Source of the DNA: Spirochaetota bacterium
Lineage (GTDB): Bacteria; Spirochaetota; Spirochaetia; Treponematales; UBA12059
Reading direction: 5' to 3'
Assembly: GCA_003247225.1 (NCBI GenBank)
Contig: QKAK01000057.1
Span: 4,774-68,773 of the forward strand
Length of the DNA stretch: 64,000 bases
The first letter of the stretch is position 1; each line of letters opens with the position of its first letter. Positions 9,112 through 25,751 of this stretch are shown one piece after another. The notes below the pieces were generated by a model. It was not told where the DNA came from and ran no database searches. It saw nothing but the letters and a program-made list of their open reading frames with translations. The position numbers and the translations under genes were made by a program.

Positions 9112-9146
9112 GGTACCGGGCGCCCTAGCGCGCCCGGTACCTTTTC
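9112..9146 (+). terminator. Intrinsic terminator/attenuator between rplL and rpoB
   Basis: GGTACCGGGCGC-CCTA-GCGCCCGGTACC stem followed by TTTT. A partial terminator at this junction is known in E. coli. Confidence 0.6.
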
Positions 9147-9278
9147 GCGCCTTCCGCGGCTGAACCGACGGAAGGCGCCCCTAGCGCGGCAAGTCGTCGC
9201 GGCGCCCCTCCGGGGGCGGCGCGTTTACCATAGACCGAGTTAAAAAAGCGTTCACCGGAACCACGAGAGGGGGTAACG

Positions 9279-12773
<3,495 letters not shown>

Positions 12774-12783
12774 CAAGAATTAG

Positions 12784-12896
12784 CCACGGAGTCACGGAGG
12801 CACGGAGAAGAGATGGATAAGGATCAATCAAGGATACTAGGGAAACGGATTTCTCTATGTCTTTCCTTCCATCTCCGCGTCTCCGTGTCTCCGTGG
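12784..12896 (+). repeat. Long imperfect inverted repeat (RNA hairpin) in the rpoB-rpoC spacer, built from tandem octamers
   Basis: The left arm is 3x NCACGGAG (12784-12807). The right arm is 3x CTCCGNGN (12873-12896). By hand, 22 of the first 24 positions pair (including 1 GU), then ATGGA/TCCAT and AGGA/TCCT extensions. The ~50-nt loop is A/T-rich. Confidence 0.8.
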
Positions 12897-12937
12897 TCTT
12901 CTTCTCCGATCAAAGCCCGCTTTAAGGGGGAGACTGC

Positions 12938-17326
<4,389 letters not shown>

Positions 17327-17353
17327 TGGGGACGGAGCCCCGGCGGCGGAGGA

Positions 17354-17383
17354 TTGACACGATGCCGCCGGGGGTTCTATTGT
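17354..17383 (+). promoter_or_regulatory. Candidate sigma70 promoter for rpsL-rpsG
   Basis: TTGACA (17354-17359), 18-nt spacer, TATTGT (17378-17383). Same -10 hexamer as the tRNA-Thr promoter. Confidence 0.45.
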
Positions 17384-17488
17384 CTATGCTCGGCGCGCCT
17401 CGGAGGCGCGAATACGTAGTATTTTCGTGTACCAATGAAATATGCCGGACGATGCTGACGCCCGGCTACAACAGGAGACCATGGTTTA

Positions 17489-17863
17489 ATGCCTACGATT
17501 AACCAGCTTATCCGGATGGGCCGAAAGCAGTCCGTCTGGAAGACCAAGAGCCCGGCGCTCAACGAGTGCCCTCAGAAGCGCGGCGTCTGCACCCGCGTGA
17601 TGACGGTAACGCCGAAGAAGCCGAACTCGGCCCTTCGCAAGGTAGCCCGCGTGCGCCTGTCGCACGGCATCGAGGTAACCGCCTACATCCCCGGCGTCGG
17701 CCATAACCTGCAGGAGCACTCCGTGGTGCTGCTGCGCGGCGGCCGCGTCAAGGACCTTCCGGGCGTTCGCTACCACATCATCCGCGGCGCGAAGGATACG
17801 CTCGGCGTAGCCGATCGCAAGCAGGCGCGCTCCAAGTACGGCGCCAAGCGGCCGAAGGCCTAA
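17489..17863 (+). CDS. rpsL: 30S ribosomal protein S12
   Basis: [13 protein letters not shown]...KKPNSALRK. Confidence 0.97.
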   Translation: MPTINQLIRMGRKQSVWKTKSPALNECPQKRGVCTRVMTVTPKKPNSALRKVARVRLSHGIEVTAYIPGVGHNLQEHSVVLLRGGRVKDLPGVRYHIIRGAKDTLGVADRKQARSKYGAKRPKA

Positions 17864-17874
17864 GGGGGACGATC

Positions 17875-18345
17875 ATGGGACGGAAGAAGAAGTCCGAGGA
17901 TCGCGGCCACCAGCCCGACGCCCGCTATAACAGCGTAATAGTCACCAAGTTCATCTGCAGGATGATGTGGCAGGGCAAGAAGTCCACCGTCACCACCATC
18001 ATGTACGACGCCATGGCGGCCCTCCAGGAGAAGACCGGCGCGCCGGCCCTCGAGGCCTTCATGAAGGCGATGGACAACGTCAAGCCGATGGTCGAGGTCA
18101 AGTCCAGGAGGGTAGGCGGCGCCACGTACCAGGTGCCGAACGAGATCCGGGATACCCGCCGCGAGGCCCTGGCGATGCGCTGGCTGATAGGCGCCGCCCG
18201 CAGCCGCTCCGGCAAGTCCATGGCCGACAGGCTCGCGGCCGAGCTGACCGACGCCTTCAACGGCACCGGCACCGCGGTCAAGAAGCGCGAGGATACGCAC
18301 AGGATGGCGGAGGCCAACAAGGCGTTCGCCCACTACCGCTGGTAA
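17875..18345 (+). CDS. rpsG: 30S ribosomal protein S7
   Basis: 156 aa; motifs [16 protein letters not shown] and [21 protein letters not shown]. Confidence 0.97.
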   Translation: MGRKKKSEDRGHQPDARYNSVIVTKFICRMMWQGKKSTVTTIMYDAMAALQEKTGAPALEAFMKAMDNVKPMVEVKSRRVGGATYQVPNEIRDTRREALAMRWLIGAARSRSGKSMADRLAAELTDAFNGTGTAVKKREDTHRMAEANKAFAHYRW

Positions 18346-18368
18346 GGCGGGGAGGCGCGGCGCGACCC

Positions 18369-18397
18369 TTGAACAGGCCGCGCCGGCCGAATATACT
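18369..18397 (+). promoter_or_regulatory. Candidate internal sigma70 promoter for tuf
   Basis: TTGAAC (18369-18374), 17-nt spacer, TATACT (18392-18397), located 62 nt before the tuf ATG. Confidence 0.5.
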
Positions 18398-18458
18398 ATG
18401 GGGACCTGCGCTCGGCGCCGGTTCCATTGTTTCGTAATACCAGGCTAGGAGGATACCA

Positions 18459-19649
18459 ATGGCGAAAGAGAAATTCGAGCGCAACAAGCCGCACATGAAC
18501 GTCGGCACGATCGGCCACATCGACCACGGCAAGACGACGCTGTCCGCCGCTATTACCATGTACTGCGGCAAGAAGTTCGGCGACAAGGTCATGAAGTACG
18601 ACGAGATCGACAACGCCCCCGAAGAGAAGGCGCGCGGTATCACCATCAACACCAGGCACCTCGAGTACCAGTCGAACAAGCGCCACTACGCGCACATCGA
18701 CTGCCCGGGCCACGCCGACTATATCAAGAACATGATCACCGGCGCCGCCCAGATGGACGGCGCGATCCTGGTCGTGTCCGCCCCCGACTCCGTCATGCCC
18801 CAGACCCGCGAGCACGTGCTGCTGGCCCGCCAGGTAGGCGTCCCGGCCATCATCGTGTTCCTCAACAAGATCGACCTCCTCGACGACCCCGAGCTCGTCG
18901 AGCTCGTCGAGCAGGAAGTCCGCGACCTCCTGAACTTCCAGAAGTTCCCCGGCGACGAGACCCCGATCATCAAGGGCTCCGCGTTCAAGGCGATGTCCGA
19001 GCCGGACAACGCCGAGGCGACCAAGTGCCTCGAGGAGCTCCTGGAGGCGATGGATACCTACTTCAAGGACCCCGAGCGCCTCACCGACAAGCCCTTCCTG
19101 ATGCCGATCGAGGACGTGTTCTCGATCTCCGGCCGCGGAACGGTCGTTACCGGCGCCATCAACCGCGGCGTCGTCCACGTCAACGACGAGGTCGAGATCG
19201 TCGGTATCAAGCCGACCAAGAAGACCGTCGTCACCGGCGTCGAGATGTTCAACAAGCTGCTCGACGAGGGCCAGGCCGGCGATAACATCGGCGCCCTGCT
19301 CCGCGGTATCGACAAGAAGGAAGTGGAGCGCGGACAGGTCCTCGCCAAGCCGGGCTCCATCACCCCGCACACCAAGTTCAAGGGCCAGATCTACTGCCTG
19401 TCCCAGTCCGAGGGCGGTCGCCACAGCCCGTTCTTCGCCGGCTACAGGCCCCAGTTCTACTTCCGCACGACCGACATCACCGGTACCGTCACCCTCCCCG
19501 AGGGCAAGGAAATGGTTATGCCCGGCGACAACACCGAGATCTTCGGCGAGCTGATCTACCCGATCGCCATGGAGAAGGGCCTCAAGTTCGCTATCCGCGA
19601 AGGCGGCCGCACCGTGGCTTCCGGCCAGGTCACCGACATCCTCGCGTAA
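18459..19649 (+). CDS. tuf: Elongation factor Tu
   Basis: [28 protein letters not shown]...[26 protein letters not shown]; 396 aa. Confidence 0.98.
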   Translation: MAKEKFERNKPHMNVGTIGHIDHGKTTLSAAITMYCGKKFGDKVMKYDEIDNAPEEKARGITINTRHLEYQSNKRHYAHIDCPGHADYIKNMITGAAQMDGAILVVSAPDSVMPQTREHVLLARQVGVPAIIVFLNKIDLLDDPELVELVEQEVRDLLNFQKFPGDETPIIKGSAFKAMSEPDNAEATKCLEELLEAMDTYFKDPERLTDKPFLMPIEDVFSISGRGTVVTGAINRGVVHVNDEVEIVGIKPTKKTVVTGVEMFNKLLDEGQAGDNIGALLRGIDKKEVERGQVLAKPGSITPHTKFKGQIYCLSQSEGGRHSPFFAGYRPQFYFRTTDITGTVTLPEGKEMVMPGDNTEIFGELIYPIAMEKGLKFAIREGGRTVASGQVTDILA

Positions 19650-19672
19650 GCGGATCGTTTCTTAGCTAATCG

Positions 19673-19702
19673 GGCCGCCCCTCGTCGGGGCGGCCTTTTT
19701 TT
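19673..19702 (+). terminator. Intrinsic terminator of tuf
   Basis: GGCCGCCCC-TCGTC-GGGGCGGCC followed by T7. Confidence 0.8.
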
Positions 19703-19924
19703 GGTCCGCGGCGTACCGCGGGCCTCCTTCGCGGGACTGCAAGGAAATTTATTCGGCGTCGCCGCTGAAAGCGGCGGGCATTACCGCGAAGGCGGCCGCA
19801 CCGTGGCTATCGCCCTTCGGGCGAAGCTCGCGAGGAAGTATTATCGTGCGCGCTGAAAGCGCGCGGCGCGGACCGGCCAGGTCACCGACATCCTCGCGTA
19901 AGCGGATCGTTTCTTAGCTAATCT

Positions 19925-19955
19925 GGCCGCCCCTCGTCGGGGCGGCCTTTTTTTT
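19925..19955 (+). terminator. Second copy of the tuf terminator
   Basis: Same GGCCGCCCC-TCGTC-GGGGCGGCC stem followed by T8. Confidence 0.7.
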
Positions 19956-20056
19956 AAGGTCCGCGGTATGCCGCGGACCGCCTTCGCGGGCTTTCGAAGC
20001 GCGAATACGATTCATTTTTCTCTAATTGAATACAGTTGCGGGCCTAACGAAACGGA

Positions 20057-20085
20057 TTTACACTACTATTCGCTTAGGATACGAT
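20057..20085 (+). promoter_or_regulatory. Candidate promoter of the ugp-like operon, bracketed by a 9-bp inverted repeat
   Basis: TTTACA (20057-20062), 17-nt spacer, TACGAT (20080-20085). GAAACGGAT (20049-20057) and ATCCGTTTC (20084-20092) are perfect inverted repeats spanning both hexamers. Confidence 0.35.
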
Positions 20086-20125
20086 CCGTTTCCCGGGTCG
20101 ATCATTCGATGCAATGGAGGCATAC

Positions 20126-21433
20126 ATGAAACGGTTTCTGTTAGCGTCCCTCGCTCTCGTCATGATCGCTGGGTCCGCGTTCGCGGCCCCTATCACGATC
20201 GACTTCTGGCACGCGATGACCGGCAAGAACGGCGATACGGTGCAGGCTATCTGCGATAAGTTCAACGCCAGCCAGTCGGACTATAAGGTCGTCCCGGTCT
20301 ACAAGGGATCGTATTCCGATACGATGAACGCCGGCATCGCCGCCTTCCGCGCCAAGTCGGCCCCCGCCATCATCCAGGTCTACGAGGTCGGTACCGCCAC
20401 GATGATGGCCGCCAAGGGCGCCGTCAAGCCGGTGTACCAGCTGATGAAGGAGACCAAGCAGAAGTTCGACCCGAAGATCTATATCCCGACGATCACGAGC
20501 TACTACTCGACGTCCAAGGGCGAGATGCTCTCCCTGCCGTTCAACTCGTCGACCTCGGTTATGTACTATAATAAGGACGCCTTCCGCAAGGCGGGCCTCG
20601 ATCCCGAGAAGCCCCCGGTCACCTGGCCCGAGTTCTTCGAGGTAGCCAAGAAGCTCAAGGCTTCCGGCATGGAGGGCGGCTTCTCCACCAACTGGATCTC
20701 CTGGATCCAGCTCGAGAATTTCTCCGCCTGGCATAACCAGCCCTTCGGCACCAGGTCCAACGGCTTCGACGGCCTCGATACCGAGCTCGTGTTCAATACT
20801 CCGCTGGTCCAGCGCCATCTCGAGACCATCTACCAGCTCAGCCTCGACAAGACCTTCATCTACGGCGGCCGCGAGAACAAGGCCAACCCGCTATTCTCGT
20901 CCGGCCAGGTAGGCATGCACTTCGAGTCCATCGGAGGATACGCCAACTTCAAGAATACCTGCAAGTTCGACTTCGGCGTCGCCCGGCTCCCGTACTATCC
21001 CGACGTCGCCGGCGCCCCGCAGAATTCGATCATCGGCGGCGCGAGCCTCTGGGTCTTCAACGGCAAGTCGAAGGACGAGTACAAGGGCGTAGCGTCGTTC
21101 TTCTCGTTCCTGTCCACCCCCGAGATCCAGGCGTTCTGGCACCAGAACACCGGCTACCTGCCGATAACCACCGCCGCGTACGAGCTGACCAAGTCGCAGG
21201 GCTTCTACGAGAAGAACCCCGGTCCCGAGGTGGCGATCAAGCAGCTGCTGAATAAGGCCCCGACCAAGAACTCGATGGGCATACGCTTCGGCAACTTCAA
21301 CATCATCCGCGAGATCGAGGACCAGACCTGGGAGGATATCCTCGCCGGGAAGATCTCCGTAAAGGCCGGACTCGACAGGATGGTCCGCGAGGGCAACGCC
21401 AAGCTCCGCGATTTCGAGCGCCTCAATAAGTAA
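20126..21433 (+). CDS. ugpB: sn-glycerol-3-phosphate/glycerophosphodiester ABC transporter substrate-binding protein (UgpB-like)
   Basis: Start moved to MKRFLLASLALVMIAGSAFA (GGAGG upstream). Long collinear similarity to E. coli UgpB as I recall it (IAAFRAKSAPAIIQVYEVGTATMMA, NSSTSVMYYNKDAFRKAGLDPE, WIQLENFSAW, PQNSIIGGASLWV, TGYLPIT). Confidence 0.85.
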   Translation: MKRFLLASLALVMIAGSAFAAPITIDFWHAMTGKNGDTVQAICDKFNASQSDYKVVPVYKGSYSDTMNAGIAAFRAKSAPAIIQVYEVGTATMMAAKGAVKPVYQLMKETKQKFDPKIYIPTITSYYSTSKGEMLSLPFNSSTSVMYYNKDAFRKAGLDPEKPPVTWPEFFEVAKKLKASGMEGGFSTNWISWIQLENFSAWHNQPFGTRSNGFDGLDTELVFNTPLVQRHLETIYQLSLDKTFIYGGRENKANPLFSSGQVGMHFESIGGYANFKNTCKFDFGVARLPYYPDVAGAPQNSIIGGASLWVFNGKSKDEYKGVASFFSFLSTPEIQAFWHQNTGYLPITTAAYELTKSQGFYEKNPGPEVAIKQLLNKAPTKNSMGIRFGNFNIIREIEDQTWEDILAGKISVKAGLDRMVREGNAKLRDFERLNK

Positions 21434-21447
21434 TTCGCTTCCGTAAC

Positions 21448-21472
21448 GAGGGGCGGCCGACGGCCGCCCCTC
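21448..21472 (+). other. Intercistronic GC stem-loop after the binding-protein gene
   Basis: GAGGGGCGGCCG-A-CGGCCGCCCCTC palindrome with no T tract. This matches the mRNA-stabilising hairpins often found after ABC binding-protein genes. Confidence 0.5.
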
Positions 21473-21494
21473 GACCCTTACCTCAGGATACTCC

Positions 21495-22385
21495 ATGGTT
21501 CAACAATACGAGTTCAAGGCGAAATGGCTTCCCTATCTCCTGGTCCTGCCTCAGATGGTGATAGTCTTCGTGTTCTTCTTCTGGCCGTCGCTGCAGGGGC
21601 TCTGGCAATCGTTCTTCCTGCAGGACCCGTTCGGCGGGCAGGTCATCTTCGTGGGCCTCGAGAACTATGTCCGGCTCTTCACCGATCCGGCGTACTCGTA
21701 CGGCGAGTCGTTCGCCGTATCGGTGGCCTTCGCGGTGTGCGTGGCGGGCCTGTCGATGATACTGGCGCTGTTCCTGGCTACGCAGACCAACAAGAAGATA
21801 CGCTTCGCGTCGTTCTATAAGACGATGATGATCTGGCCGTACGCGGTGGCGACCATGGTCGCGGGCGTGCTGTGGCTGTTCATGTTCAACCCGAACGTCG
21901 GCGTCGTCGCCTGGTTCCTCAAGAACCGCTTCGGCATCGAGTGGCAGCACCTGCTCAATTCCGGGCAGGCCTTCCTGCTCGTCACGCTGGCCGCGAGCTG
22001 GAAGCAGATATCGTATAACTTCGTATTCTTCCTGGCGGGCCTGCAGAGCGTACCGGTCGACTTCATCGAGGCGGCGGCGATAGACGGCGCCGGCCCCATG
22101 CGCCGCTTCTGGAAGATCATCTTCCCGCTCCTGTCGCCTACGACGTTCTACCTGCTCGTGATGAACCTCGTCTACGGCTTCTTCGAGACCTTCCCCATCA
22201 TCCACCAGGTGACGGCGGGCGGCCCGGGCAAGTCGACGAGCATACTGGTGTATAAGGTATGGCGCGACGGCGTCATCAACCTGGATCTCGGCGGATCCTC
22301 GGCCCAGTCGGTCATACTGATGATCATGGTGATCGGTCTTACCGTCGTACAGTTCCGCTTCATCGAGCGGCGCGTGCATTATTGA
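21495..22385 (+). CDS. ugpA: ABC transporter permease (UgpA-like)
   Basis: WLPYLLVLPQ..., WKQISYNFVFFLAGLQSVP...IEAAAIDGAGPMRRFWKI; collinear with E. coli UgpA from memory. Confidence 0.85.
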   Translation: MVQQYEFKAKWLPYLLVLPQMVIVFVFFFWPSLQGLWQSFFLQDPFGGQVIFVGLENYVRLFTDPAYSYGESFAVSVAFAVCVAGLSMILALFLATQTNKKIRFASFYKTMMIWPYAVATMVAGVLWLFMFNPNVGVVAWFLKNRFGIEWQHLLNSGQAFLLVTLAASWKQISYNFVFFLAGLQSVPVDFIEAAAIDGAGPMRRFWKIIFPLLSPTTFYLLVMNLVYGFFETFPIIHQVTAGGPGKSTSILVYKVWRDGVINLDLGGSSAQSVILMIMVIGLTVVQFRFIERRVHY

Positions 22386-22395
22386 GGAGCGATCG

Positions 22396-23241
22396 ATGAC
22401 CGAGCATAACCGCCTGCGGAGGTTTACCCCGCACCTGTACCTTTGGATCGCCATTGTCATACTGCTGTTCCCGATCATCCTCGTTTTTATCGCCTCGAGC
22501 CATACGAGCGCCGAGATCCTGGCCGCGCCCATGCCGATGAGGCCGGGTTCCCACCTTGTCGAGAACTACACGCGGGCGATACTCGAAGGCAACAAGAACC
22601 TGGGCGCCTCGGCGCTGACGATGATGAAGAATTCGCTCATAATGGCCCTCGGCATAGCGATCGGCAAGATCGTCGTGTCCCTGCTCGCGGCCTACGCCAT
22701 TGTGTTCTTCAAGTTCCCCCTCCGCAACTTCTGTTTCTGGGCTATATTCATCACGCTGATGCTGCCGGTCGAGGTTCGCATCATGCCGACGTATAAAGTC
22801 ATATCCGACCTGGGATTGCTTAACAGCTACGCGGGGCTTATCCTTCCGATGATCGTGTCGGCGACCGCGGTGTTCCTGTTCAGGCAGTTCTTCATGCAGA
22901 TCCCGCGCGAGATAGCCGAGGCCTCCCAGATAGACGGGGCCTCGCCGATGCAGTTCTTCTGGAGCATCCTGCTGCCGATGACCAGGACGCCGATCGCCGC
23001 GATGTTCGTCATCCAGTTCATCTACGGCTGGAACCAGTACCTGTGGCCGCTGCTGATCACCACGAAACAGGAGTATTACACCATACTGATCGGTATTAAC
23101 CGGATGCTCGCCGGGGCGGACGTAGTCATAGAGTGGCAGATAGTCATGGCCACGACCCTGCTCGCGATGATACCCCCGGCCCTTATCGTCGTCGTCATGC
23201 AGAAGCAGTTCATAGCCGGCATGACCGACACGGAGAAATGA
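22396..23241 (+). CDS. ugpE: ABC transporter permease (UgpE-like)
   Basis: FKFPLRNFCFWAIFITLMLPVEVRI, QIDGASPMQFFWSILLP, FIYGWNQYLWPLLIT; collinear with E. coli UgpE from memory. Confidence 0.85.
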   Translation: MTEHNRLRRFTPHLYLWIAIVILLFPIILVFIASSHTSAEILAAPMPMRPGSHLVENYTRAILEGNKNLGASALTMMKNSLIMALGIAIGKIVVSLLAAYAIVFFKFPLRNFCFWAIFITLMLPVEVRIMPTYKVISDLGLLNSYAGLILPMIVSATAVFLFRQFFMQIPREIAEASQIDGASPMQFFWSILLPMTRTPIAAMFVIQFIYGWNQYLWPLLITTKQEYYTILIGINRMLAGADVVIEWQIVMATTLLAMIPPALIVVVMQKQFIAGMTDTEK

Positions 23242-23348
23242 GCCACATTAGGGGCGGTTCATTGACAGGGGGCTCCCGGCCGTCCTAAGCTACCGACGAT
23301 ACGCGACCCTCTGGCCGCTAAAATAATTCAATATCGAGGAGTAGGGAC

Positions 23349-24356
23349 TTGAAACGTTTTCTGTTAGTTCTCGCGGCGATCGCCGCCTTGTACGCGTCAT
23401 GCTCGAAGGAGGCCGCCGTCGTTACGGAGGCGCCCGCCGGAAGCCCCGTCGCCGCCGTCGGTAAGACTCCCGAGGGGCGGCCCGCGATAATCATGCTCCA
23501 GGGGCTATCGCTCTGGACCCGCGACGGCGATGCCGCCGTGTGGGCCAAGTCGGCGACCCTCGCCGACCTCGTAACGATCGTCGGAGAGCCTGTAGAGCTC
23601 GAGTACAATAAGGTTAAGCGCGAGTATTGCGAGATCGCCGTCGCCGACGGCTCGAGGTATTACGTCCGGACCCCGTACCTCGCCGAGGACGTCATGCTGG
23701 CCGTCGTCGACAGCGAGAAGTGCGTCGTATACAACGAGCCTCGCGTTATCGGGGCGACGACCGACGTGGTGCCTTTCCTGACGGTCGTCGCGGTCGTGAA
23801 CACGGTCCTCGAGGACGGCTACGTGCGGGTGAGCTACGCGAACGCGGACTCGGTAATGGTGACGGATAAGTGGGTGCGTCGAGAATGCCTCGTTACCGGC
23901 GGCGATAACGTAGGAGCGGCGGTGAGCCTGGCGGTCGTCGGGGCGATCGATCCGAAGAACGTCGAACTCAAGCTGAACATACTCGATGGTGCCGCCAAGG
24001 CCTATTCCGGATCGAGGTTCGCCGCGAATATAAATAATGCGATACTGGAACTCCGAGGCGAACCCGCCGTCACAGCGGAACCGGCGGAACCGGAGATCCC
24101 GTCTATCTCTGAAACGTTCAAGGCGGTCTTTGACGGCTTCGTAATCGATTATTCAACGGTCAACGTCAGGGCGTTGCCCGATATAGAGTCGGATAGTGTC
24201 GCGAAGCTCGTCCGCGGCGATGTCGTCAAGGCGTCGGAGCGGACCGTCGCGAGGAGCGAGATCAAGGGCTACCTGGATCATTGGTATCACATCGTCAGTC
24301 CCGTCGACGGGTGGGTGTTCGGCTCGCTCGTCGATTGGAACGACGCGGCGAACTAA
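23349..24356 (+). CDS. Lipoprotein with C-terminal bacterial SH3 (SH3b)-like domain
   Basis: TTG start with GAGGAG upstream. Lipobox LYAS-C in MKRFLLVLAAIAALYASCSKE. C-terminal VNVRALPDIESDSVAKLVRGDVV...WYHIVSPVDGWVFGSLV is SH3b-like. Confidence 0.6.
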   Translation: MKRFLLVLAAIAALYASCSKEAAVVTEAPAGSPVAAVGKTPEGRPAIIMLQGLSLWTRDGDAAVWAKSATLADLVTIVGEPVELEYNKVKREYCEIAVADGSRYYVRTPYLAEDVMLAVVDSEKCVVYNEPRVIGATTDVVPFLTVVAVVNTVLEDGYVRVSYANADSVMVTDKWVRRECLVTGGDNVGAAVSLAVVGAIDPKNVELKLNILDGAAKAYSGSRFAANINNAILELRGEPAVTAEPAEPEIPSISETFKAVFDGFVIDYSTVNVRALPDIESDSVAKLVRGDVVKASERTVARSEIKGYLDHWYHIVSPVDGWVFGSLVDWNDAAN

Positions 24357-24562
24357 ATTTAGCGGAGAGGTTCTCTCCTAGCCGTTTGGCGAGCTGATCT
24401 TGGCCTTCCGGAGCGACTATTCGCCGATCCGGGAGGCCGAATCGTTTTTCTGCATGGTCGGGCAGCGCCGTCGCTCGAGCCGACGCCTCGCGGCATGGCC
24501 CCTCGGGAGCCGTCATGGCGCTCGTCGGGGCGCCGCGAGGGCTTCGTATGGGCAACTTTCCC

Positions 24563-24591
24563 TTGACATTTATTCCGTATAAGGGCATAAT
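24563..24591 (+). promoter_or_regulatory. Sigma70 promoter of the S10 operon
   Basis: TTGACA (24563-24568), 17-nt spacer, CATAAT (24586-24591). A ~170-nt GC-rich structured leader precedes rpsJ. Confidence 0.6.
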
Positions 24592-24762
24592 CCCCGGGCT
24601 ATTCGTCTGGGCGCCGTGGCGTCCGCGAAGGACGGGTAGTCGCCGTAAGCGGGTTACGCTACGGCGGCGCGAGGTTCCACGACCTCGAGCGTCCGGGTAT
24701 ATGGGCACGCCCGCCAGGGTACGGCCTGATGTATGCCGGCGCAAGCGATCTTTGGAGGACAC

Positions 24763-25068
24763 ATGAAAGACAGGATCCGTGTCAGGCTCAGGGGTTTCGA
24801 CGTCCGGCTTATAGACGACAGCGCGAAATCCATCGTAACGACAGTTCAGAGGGCTGGGGCGAAGGTCTCGGGGCCCATCCCGCTGCCGACCAAGATCAGC
24901 AAGTATACGGTGCTTCGATCCCCTCACGTGCACAAGAAGGCGCGCGAGCAGTTCGAGATGCGCACCCATAAGCGGCTGATCGACATTCTGAGCCCGACCC
25001 CCGACGTCATGGACGCGTTAATGAAGCTCGAGTTGCCCGCAGGGGTCGACGTCGAGATCAAGCAGTAA
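24763..25068 (+). CDS. rpsJ: 30S ribosomal protein S10
   Basis: Internal start [13 protein letters not shown]... of ORF 24733..25068; TGGAGGA upstream. Confidence 0.96.
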   Translation: MKDRIRVRLRGFDVRLIDDSAKSIVTTVQRAGAKVSGPIPLPTKISKYTVLRSPHVHKKAREQFEMRTHKRLIDILSPTPDVMDALMKLELPAGVDVEIKQ

Positions 25069-25112
25069 ACGGACGGTTTCGTACCGTACCGTTCAACGCT
25101 TAGGAGTAACCG

Positions 25113-25739
25113 ATGATTGGATTGATCGGAAAGAAGATCGGCATGACCCAGGTCTTCGACGACGCCGGCAGGCTGACGCCCGTCACGGTGGTCGCCGTAG
25201 GGCCGAACAAGGTCGTCGCCCGCAAGACCGCTGACAAGGACGGCTACGACGCCGTCGTGCTCGGCTACAAGGACATGAAGAAGGTCCAGGTAACCAAGCC
25301 GTACGCGGGCCAGTTCCCCGAGGGCGTGGCCCCGACGAAGGTCCTTCGCGAGCTTCGCGACTTCTCGGGCGAGGCCGAGGTCGGCAAGGAGCTCGGCGTA
25401 TCGCTGTTCGAGGGCACGCGCTTCGTCGACGTGATCGCCGTCAGCAAGGGCAAGGGATTCCAGGGCGTCATGAAGCGCTGGGGTTTCGGAGGCGGCCGCA
25501 ATACGCACGGCTCCAAGTTCCACCGCGAGCCCGGTTCCACCGGACAGAGCACCTACCCGCACAGGACGTTCAAGAACAAGAAGATGCCGGGCCGCATGGG
25601 CCGCGAGCGCGTCACCGTTCAGAACCTGAAGCTGGTCAAGGTAGACGTCGAGAACGGCTTCATGCTGATTCGCGGCGCCGTCCCCGGTCCGCGCAACTGC
25701 GTCGTCGTCGTGCGTTCGGCCGTAAAGAAAGCTAAGTGA
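25113..25739 (+). CDS. rplC: 50S ribosomal protein L3
   Basis: [16 protein letters not shown]... Confidence 0.97.
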   Translation: MIGLIGKKIGMTQVFDDAGRLTPVTVVAVGPNKVVARKTADKDGYDAVVLGYKDMKKVQVTKPYAGQFPEGVAPTKVLRELRDFSGEAEVGKELGVSLFEGTRFVDVIAVSKGKGFQGVMKRWGFGGGRNTHGSKFHREPGSTGQSTYPHRTFKNKKMPGRMGRERVTVQNLKLVKVDVENGFMLIRGAVPGPRNCVVVVRSAVKKAK

Positions 25740-25751
25740 GGATAGACTGAT

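Larger units (their letters stand above)
19595..19990 (+). repeat. Direct duplication of the tuf 3' end plus terminator; the second copy is split by a 64-nt insertion
   Basis: 19595-19619 is identical to 19784-19808. 19621-19702 matches 19873-19955 with 1 substitution and 1 extra T. An insertion at 19809-19872 separates the two parts of copy 2. Confidence 0.9.

Noticed and set aside
18346-18458. No fusA between rpsG and tuf, so the str operon looks truncated.
   Set aside because: To my knowledge, spirochaete genomes such as Borrelia encode fusA away from rpsL-rpsG, and EF-Tu here looks treponeme-like. The spacer holds a good promoter rather than gene remnants. This is lineage-typical synteny, not a deletion.
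23242-23348. Absence of a ugpC-type ATPase gene after ugpE, considered as evidence of a defective transporter.
   Set aside because: Carbohydrate-type ABC importers frequently share a multitask ATPase (MsmK/MalK-like) encoded elsewhere. The three genes present are intact. This is noted under the cassette finding but is not treated as a pseudogene.
24295-24969. ORFs in the region upstream of rpsJ and overlapping it (24295-24969 minus, 24400-24582, 24515-24766, 24729-24971).
   Set aside because: They have no SD and Arg/Pro-rich translations. The region contains the S10 promoter and leader, so it is best explained as noncoding regulatory RNA or DNA.
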